64,000 nucleotides of DNA from Candidatus Latescibacterota bacterium (lineage in GTDB: Bacteria > Latescibacterota > UBA2968 > UBA8231). Shown piece after piece: positions 58,100-64,000 of the stretch (within the stretch, counting starts at the first letter, position 1; each line of letters begins with the position of its first letter). The position numbers and the translations under genes are program-made. The stretch covers positions 3,936,001-4,000,000 of the forward strand of contig OZ242318.1 in assembly GCA_965208105.1 (NCBI GenBank), written 5' to 3'. The notes beneath the pieces were generated by a model. The model was not told where the DNA came from. It worked only from the letters and a program-made list of their open reading frames with translations, and made no database searches.

Positions 58100-58537
58100 A
58101 TGGCTATTCCCCTGATCAGTTCCGACCTCGCCGGTCCGCTTGGCGCCATCCATCTCCCCCGTCTGTGGTCCAAGGTGCTCCTCAGTGCCAAGGGTCAATT
58201 GGAAGATGGCTACGACGAGTGCGGAATGGGCTTCGACCAGATGGTCCTCGACGGCCTGGGAATCGATCGCGATTCTGCCGTTAGCTACATCAAGGGCAAT
58301 CTGCCTACCTATCCCCAATTTGAAAGTTGGGTTCTGGCGCAGCGCGGCGGCAGCATTCCCCAGGCGGAAATCGACAGCTCCAACGCCGCAATCCGTGGCT
58401 ACAATCACGACGACGATACTCGCGGAAGTATCCTCTCCGCGGCGGGAGTCGACGACGACGGATCGATCCTGGACGCGGTCAATCTCAACAACCTCGACGA
58501 CTGGACCGAACTGCACACTTCGGTAGCTGGTGGCTAG
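58100..58537 (+). CDS. DUF5069-like conserved protein
   Basis: AAGGAGG RBS; PLISS..AGPLG..HLPRLW.K, PTYPQFE.W, LNNLDDW; family recalled from memory. Confidence 0.7.
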   Translation: MAIPLISSDLAGPLGAIHLPRLWSKVLLSAKGQLEDGYDECGMGFDQMVLDGLGIDRDSAVSYIKGNLPTYPQFESWVLAQRGGSIPQAEIDSSNAAIRGYNHDDDTRGSILSAAGVDDDGSILDAVNLNNLDDWTELHTSVAGG

Positions 58538-58604
58538 TACCGGGACCAGCCCTCAGGGCCTGCCGTGAAATTCCGGTGACAGGCCATTATAGAACCCCCA
58601 TCGC

Positions 58605-58654
58605 AGCCGGTGGAGCCGCCATAGCTCAGCAATTGGGTGGCGGCTCCACCGGCT
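58605..58654. repeat. Perfect 17-bp-stem hairpin between convergent genes
   Basis: AGCCGGTGGAGCCGCCA-16 nt-TGGCGGCTCCACCGGCT. Confidence 0.85.
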
Positions 58655-58900
58655 CGCCGCCATGGCCAGGTTAGGAGAGATGCCCCTCCCGTTTCCCGGG
58701 CAGCCGGGGTCCCTTCTACTGGTTCTGGATGGAACCCACCCTCGCAAGCTGCCTCCTGCCTTCAACTGCACTGGAGATCGCCCCTGTCCTTCCACGGGCA
58801 GGTACCATACCGGTCCCGATTTTTCCGTTGCGAAGCTCGGAACCATCATCGACTGAATTCGCATTCGTCGAGAGACCGGGCAGTACCGGCCGCGAGAAAA

Positions 58901-59935
58901 TCAGTTCCCCTCTTGCCAGACTTCCGTGAAAATGCGCATCCAGTTGCCTCCCAGAACCTTTTCAATGTCCCGGGCAGGATAGCCGCGATCGAGCAGTGCC
59001 TCGGCCAGATGGGGGAATTCGGCGGGGGATGACATTCCTTTCGGCTGGAATGGAAGCTCATCGTAGGGCAGGGAAGGATTGGCGAAGGTGGAGGGGTACT
59101 TGGTGCCCTGCTGGGAAGTGATGTAGTGCCAGAAAGACAGAGGCTGGTCCTGGGTGGAGTCGGTCCCCACCGCCACGTGGTCGATGCCGATGCGCTGCAC
59201 CAGGTCGTCGATGGCGTCGACGAAGTCCTCGACGGTGGATTCGAATTGAGGAGGCAGGAATTGAGCAAAGGAAGTCGCTCCTACCATGCCATCCTTTTCT
59301 GCCAGCGCCTTGAGCACCTCGTCGGTTTTATTGCGGCGGTGGTCGCAGAAGGCGCGCGCGTTGGCATGGGTGATGGCCACCGGCTTGTCCGAGACCTCGA
59401 TGGCCTCCAGTGAGGTCCGGTCGCCCACGTGGGACAGGTCGATCAGGATTCCCAGCTCGTTCATTTGCCGCACCGCATCGACGCCGAAGTTGCTCAGACC
59501 CTCGTCGCGGCGCTCCCAGCAGCCATTGCCCAGGAGATTGCGCTCGTGGTAGGTGAGCTGAATGATGCGAACGCCGAGGGCGTGGAAGAGGGCGAGCCGA
59601 TCGAGGTCGTTCTCGATGGGAGACGCGTTCTGGAAGCTGAGAATAATACCCGTCCTGTCGGTTTCCTTGGCGGCAAGGATATCGGCGGTGTTGTGGATCT
59701 GCATGAAGTCGCCGCGCTCGCGGAATCGGCGTTGCCATGCGGAGAGGTGGTCCATGGTCTCGAGAAAGTTCTCCCAAACCGCGACGGTGGCACTTACCGC
59801 GGTGAGCTTGCCTGCGCGAAGGCTGTCGAAGACGGCCGGGCTGTTCCAGTTGCTCACATTGAGACCGTCGATGACGATGGCCCGGTCGTAAATTCCCCGC
59901 GCTTTTTCCACTACTTCTGAGGCTCGGCGATCCAT
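58901..59935 (-). CDS. Membrane dipeptidase (peptidase M19)
   Basis: IDGL, GVRIIQLTY, IDLSH, THAN, GTD. Confidence 0.92.
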   Translation of the reverse strand: MDRRASEVVEKARGIYDRAIVIDGLNVSNWNSPAVFDSLRAGKLTAVSATVAVWENFLETMDHLSAWQRRFRERGDFMQIHNTADILAAKETDRTGIILSFQNASPIENDLDRLALFHALGVRIIQLTYHERNLLGNGCWERRDEGLSNFGVDAVRQMNELGILIDLSHVGDRTSLEAIEVSDKPVAITHANARAFCDHRRNKTDEVLKALAEKDGMVGATSFAQFLPPQFESTVEDFVDAIDDLVQRIGIDHVAVGTDSTQDQPLSFWHYITSQQGTKYPSTFANPSLPYDELPFQPKGMSSPAEFPHLAEALLDRGYPARDIEKVLGGNWMRIFTEVWQEGN

Positions 59936-60349
59936 AAACTCAACCTTGATTTGGGGGCGGTATGTCGAATTGAAAGGTCCATTCACCGGACCTGGCACGA
60001 GGGGCGGGATCCGGCAGCCGACCGAGTCCCCTGCGCCGGGGTGAACCGGGGAAACCAGGCCGAGGTTCTGCCAGATAACCGGCCCGGTCTCCATCTAAAA
60101 TTTAAACCAATTTCCCATTCAGTCCACGGGCTGGGAGACAACCGCAGGAATTGTCCGGATTCTCCGATGGCCGAATTCCATCTCACCCTGGGAAGGTGCG
60201 CCTTACGGTCGGAGGGTTGACCACTACTGCAGCAATGCCTTAATTCGTTCTGCATGAACATCGGGAGTCCACCAAGATAGACACAGCCACCCTGGTACCT
60301 TCACCTCAACTCACCGCACGTTTTCTCAATACGAGAGACGAGGAATCTC

Positions 60350-61060
60350 ATGCAAGAAGCTCTACTGCAGTTACTGCACCTGCAGGAAGTAGATCTGGAA
60401 CTGAGAGACCTGGAAAAAGCTCGCGACCAGTACCCCGCGGAAATTGATCAGCGCCAAAACGAAATCAAACGCGTCACTTCGACCCTGGAAGGGCTGAAAG
60501 ACAGCGCAGAAGATCTGGCCAAAAAACACCGTCAGCTCGAACGCGAACTGGAAGATTCCAAGACCAGCCTGAAACAACACGAGGAGCGGTTTGCCGTCGT
60601 TACGACCAACAAGGAATACGATGCCTTGCAGCTCGAGATCGAAGCCTGCAAGGCGGGAATTTCCGTGCGTGAGACCCAGATCCTCGAAATAATCGAAACT
60701 GCGGAAGACCTGCAGGAACAGATCGAGGCGGAAAAGCAGGGTGTTGAAGAGGTATGCCAGGAACAACAGTCCCGAATCGATGAACTCCAATCGACCCTGG
60801 GAACTCTTCAGCAGGAAATCGATGGTGTAATGGCGCGGCGCGAAGCTACGAGCCGGGACATCGGTGCCGACTTGTTGAGGGTTTACAACCGCCGCCGCAA
60901 GAGCACCGGGGTGAGCGTAGCCGCCGTCAGGAAGGGAGCCTGCGGCGCTTGTTTCATGCAGATGCCTGCGCAGCAGAAGACCAATGTCCGGCGCAACGAT
61001 CGGATCAACTTTTGCGAGAACTGCGGATCGATTCTGGTCTGGGATGACAAATCGGATTAA
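60350..61060 (+). CDS. Coiled-coil C4 zinc-ribbon protein (DUF164)
   Basis: LQEVD, NKEYDAL..EI, CGAC...CENC. Confidence 0.9.
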   Translation: MQEALLQLLHLQEVDLELRDLEKARDQYPAEIDQRQNEIKRVTSTLEGLKDSAEDLAKKHRQLERELEDSKTSLKQHEERFAVVTTNKEYDALQLEIEACKAGISVRETQILEIIETAEDLQEQIEAEKQGVEEVCQEQQSRIDELQSTLGTLQQEIDGVMARREATSRDIGADLLRVYNRRRKSTGVSVAAVRKGACGACFMQMPAQQKTNVRRNDRINFCENCGSILVWDDKSD

Positions 61061-61229
61061 TGTCTGCAGACTCCTGGTCAGGCTCGAATGGAGGATTCAG
61101 GAGCCTTCTGGTCTCGAGCGCGCCTCCGCCAGGGTTGCCGGCCGGGCAAGCCGGTTCTGGGGAGCCGGAATGGCGAGACCGCCCGATCGATTATGACCTG
61201 GCGCGCAGGCACAGGCTCTGAGCCAGTCG

Positions 61230-61603
61230 GGAGTGGGTCGGGCGATCGCGCCATCCGGCCATTTCATGGCCGGAGGTGAGGAAAGTCCGAGCTCCAAAGG
61301 ACGGGATGCTGGGTAATTCCCAGGAGGGGCGACCCTACAGAGAGTGCCACAGAAAACACACCGCCCGGGTCTTCAGACCTGGGTAAGGGTGAAAAGGCGA
61401 GGTAAGAGCTCACCGCGTTTCCGGCGACGGAAACGGCATGGTAAACCTCATCCGGAGCAAGGCCAAATAGGGGAAGAGAGGTGGTCCGCCTCGATATTAT
61501 TCCCGGGTAGGCCGCAAGGAGGCATGCGGGCAACCGCTGCCCAAGATGAATGATCGCCCCGCACGATAGCTCGCGGACAGAACTCGGCTTACAGACCCAC
61601 TCC
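61230..61603 (+). ncRNA. rnpB: RNase P RNA, class A
   Basis: GAGGAAAGTCCGAGCTCC, AGTGCCACAGAAA, GGTAAACC, GAGCAAGGCCAAATA, ACAGAACTCGGCTTAC; P1 GGAGTGGGTC/GACCCACTCC. Confidence 0.97.
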
Positions 61604-61702
61604 TTCTTTCTTTTCTCGAAGTTTCCTCACCATATACTGCAGTACTGCGGGACTTCTACTGCAGGCGGCCATCTCAAGACTGGGGTTCATGGAGGTTCTG
61701 TA

Positions 61703-62725
61703 ATGCTCCGCTCTCTCATGGTTCTGGCCATTTCAGCCGCAATGACAGGTCTCCTCGGAGCCCTGGACATCGAGGAGCAGTTGAGCCTGGAAAGAGAGCA
61801 GGACCTGGTCATCGAAGGCCGTGTCGACTGGGGAGAAAACCTGCTCATCGCCTACGGAGAAAGTGCTGCGACCGAGGCGTTGACCGATCCGGTACAGCGG
61901 CGCTTGATGGGGTTTCGCGCCGCCAAAGCGGCGGCTTACCGCAATCTGCTGGTGCTTGCCGGGGAGGTGCAGATTGACGCAGGGACCAAGGCAGGGGCGG
62001 CGATGGCGGGCAACGACACCCTGCGCTCGCGCATTGCCGCAATTGTCCGGGCTGCCCGTGTGAAACCCGGAAGCAATCGCGAAGTCGACGGAGCCTATCG
62101 CCTTGCCCTGCAACTCAATCTTCTCGACGATTTTGCCGATGCCGTGCTGTCCGTCCTGACATCCGACCCGCATGGATGGGCATTCGCATCAGGCTTGGCT
62201 GACACCCTGGCACCGTATATTCCGGCAGCGCCCTATAGCGGCCTGCTGGTCGATGCGCGCGGCCTCGCCGTGAGGCCCTGCATGGCACCGCGCATCCTTG
62301 GGAAGAACGGCGGTGTCCTCTACAGCGCCGGATCGGTCGAACGCCACCAGGCTACTCGCATGGGCGTGGTAGGATACTACGATGACATGGAGGAGGCTGC
62401 TTCCAGTGACCGCCTGGGAGGGGAGGAAGCAGATCCCCTGATTGTCAAAGCCGAGGAAGTAGCGGGATTATTCAACGGCGATGTGGTACTGGGCGACGAA
62501 GATGCCCTTCGCCTATACCTGGCCAGCGAAGAATCCAACTTGCTGGGCGGATGCCGGGTCGCTCTCGTTATTGGTCCGGAGCCGGTATCGATTGATTCAA
62601 CTTTGGCCGATTCCACCTTGCTGGACTCCACTCTTCTCGACTCCACCCTGCAGATTTTCCCTCACTTGGAGGAGAACATCCATGACCTTCCAGGAGAAGC
62701 TGGCGCAGGCAGTTGCCCGGAATAA
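61703..62725 (+). CDS. Secreted LPP20-like hypothetical protein with a (DSTL-x)4 tail
   Basis: GGAGG RBS; signal peptide; RAAK..AYRNL and YSGLLVDARG..PCMAPRI motifs. Confidence 0.65.
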   Translation: MLRSLMVLAISAAMTGLLGALDIEEQLSLEREQDLVIEGRVDWGENLLIAYGESAATEALTDPVQRRLMGFRAAKAAAYRNLLVLAGEVQIDAGTKAGAAMAGNDTLRSRIAAIVRAARVKPGSNREVDGAYRLALQLNLLDDFADAVLSVLTSDPHGWAFASGLADTLAPYIPAAPYSGLLVDARGLAVRPCMAPRILGKNGGVLYSAGSVERHQATRMGVVGYYDDMEEAASSDRLGGEEADPLIVKAEEVAGLFNGDVVLGDEDALRLYLASEESNLLGGCRVALVIGPEPVSIDSTLADSTLLDSTLLDSTLQIFPHLEENIHDLPGEAGAGSCPE

Positions 62726-63536
62726 CTCGCTGCTCTGCATCGGGCTGGACCCGGACCCGCGACAACTGCCGCAAAGGGCGCAAACCGAGGAGAATCCCGT
62801 CCTCTACTTCAATCGCCGGATTATAGAGGCCACCTCCGACCTGGTTTGCGCATACAAACCCAATTTCGCCTTCTATGGTGCTCTCGGGTCAGAGGGCTGG
62901 CCCACCCTGCGAGCGACCCTGTCCCATGTGCCTCCTTCCATTCCCATCGTCATCGACGCCAAGGTGGGAGATATCGGCTATACTGCGGAAAAGTACGCCA
63001 CCATGTTCTTCCATGAGCTCGGCGCCGATGCCGTGACGGCAAACCCCTACATGGGCGGGGACGCGGTAGCTCCCCTGCTGCAGTATGCGGACAAAGGCGT
63101 CTTTCTCCTCTGCCTGACTTCCAACGATGGAGCCCGGGACTTCGAAACGCTGTCGCTGGGGGACCGTCCACTCTACGAACATGTCGCCCTCAAGGCGGGA
63201 TCGTGGAATCGGAACGGCAACTGCGGATTGGTGGTTGGCGCCACCCGGTCAGATGCCATGGAGAAAATTCGCTCCCTGGCTCCAGATCTGCCTTTTCTCG
63301 TTCCTGGAGTTGGAGCTCAGGGCGGCGACCTGACGACTGCCGTGTCCTGCGGCCAGGATGGAGCCGGAGGTGGAGTGCTGATCAACGCTTCACGTTCCGT
63401 TCTCTACGCCGGGAATGGTGACGACTTCGCCATGCTTGCGCGCCAGGCGGCCTGCAAGTTGCGCGACGAGATAAACCGCTGTCGCACCCGAGTTGGGGAG
63501 GGGCTTGCGACCACGAGGATTGGTGTGTCAGGATGA
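62682..63536 (+). CDS. pyrF: Orotidine-5'-phosphate decarboxylase
   Basis: LCIGLDP, YKPN, DAKVGDIG, PYMG, GLVVGAT, PGVGAQGG, NASR. Confidence 0.96.
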   Translation: MTFQEKLAQAVARNNSLLCIGLDPDPRQLPQRAQTEENPVLYFNRRIIEATSDLVCAYKPNFAFYGALGSEGWPTLRATLSHVPPSIPIVIDAKVGDIGYTAEKYATMFFHELGADAVTANPYMGGDAVAPLLQYADKGVFLLCLTSNDGARDFETLSLGDRPLYEHVALKAGSWNRNGNCGLVVGATRSDAMEKIRSLAPDLPFLVPGVGAQGGDLTTAVSCGQDGAGGGVLINASRSVLYAGNGDDFAMLARQAACKLRDEINRCRTRVGEGLATTRIGVSG

Positions 63537-63561
63537 GCCCATCCCCGGTCGAGGAGCCGGA

Positions 63562-63610
63562 GGCCGGTTTCCATCTGTTCCGGGTGCGTCGTGGAGCGGC
63601 CTCGGTCTAG
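63562..63610 (-). mobile_element. Relic of an IS110 right-end (bridge-RNA) sequence
   Basis: 38/49 ungapped identity to 29089-29137. Confidence 0.7.
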
Positions 63611-64000
63611 ACCTTATGTATTGACGGAGATATGAAAGACCTCCTCCGACTCGGTTGTCGGGGGTTATCTTTGGGAAAACGGAGTTCACCCAAAGACCTA
63701 TCCCCAGCGAGAAGGAGGAGGCCATGCGTAAATCTACGAAATTCGTCGCCTTGGACATACATAAAGATTCGATCACCGTCGCCCTGGCCGGTGAAGGCCG
63801 AAAAGGGCCAGACCTGTATGGAACGATACCGTCTACGGGCGCCGCGTTGTCCAAGCTGGCGGGCCAACTGGCCCGTGGTGGGACCTCGTTGCGGTTTTGC
63901 TACGAGGCCGGACCCTGCGGCTACGGCGTCTACCGTCAGCTCACAGCCCTGGGGCACGCCTGCACGGTGGTGGCGCCCTCGCTGATCCCGCGTCGGCCGG
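63607..64000 (+). mobile_element. Second IS110 copy (left end and transposase 5' part), truncated by window edge
   Basis: Left end nearly identical to the reverse complement of 30403-30520. Confidence 0.93.
63724..64000 (+). CDS. IS110 transposase, partial
   Basis: MRKSTKFVALDIHKDSITVA...CYEAGPCG. Confidence 0.93.
   Translation, partial: MRKSTKFVALDIHKDSITVALAGEGRKGPDLYGTIPSTGAALSKLAGQLARGGTSLRFCYEAGPCGYGVYRQLTALGHACTVVAPSLIPRRP

Noticed and set aside
58637-59032. Small ORFs between the DUF5069-like gene and the dipeptidase
   Set aside because: No motifs; they overlap the hairpin or the opposite-strand gene
61061-61229. RNase H gene often found between the zinc-ribbon gene and rnpB
   Set aside because: Interval too short and no RNase H motif in any frame

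Overview
GC-rich bacterial chromosomal segment. The gene content (DUF6784/6785-type membrane protein, FlgD/T9SS-type Ig domain, several PhyH dioxygenases, Calx-beta autotransporter, secreted LRR protein) suggests an uncultured FCB-group organism such as Latescibacterota, possibly a sponge symbiont; this is inference only. Core genes: ispG, class I-alpha DAHP synthase, rpsT, cysM-mec-cysO-cysK, aspS, phoH-7TM/HD-ybeY-corC, tRNA-fMet, lnt, RNase II-like, rnpB and pyrF, interspersed with catabolic and transport genes. An accessory block after tRNA-fMet holds a giant repeat autotransporter and a nested MITE/IS630/IS110 stack. Main non-annotated signals: (1) a complete ribosome-dependent attenuator with a 21-aa Phe/Tyr/Trp-rich leader peptide upstream of DAHP synthase; (2) a family of 167-168 bp CTAG-bounded elements with a shared, exactly centred 51-bp core but three unrelated terminal inverted repeat types; (3) an intact IS110/IS1111-type element with a bridge-RNA-like right end whose predicted guides spell a CTAG-centred target matching the ends of those elements, plus a second copy inserted antisense into a relic of the guide-encoding DNA; (4) a sulfur carrier ending GG-CLRG beside its JAB protease, with a frameshifted cysM behind a promoter that has a G8 spacer tract. 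All calls are by eye; no database searches or folding programs were run.
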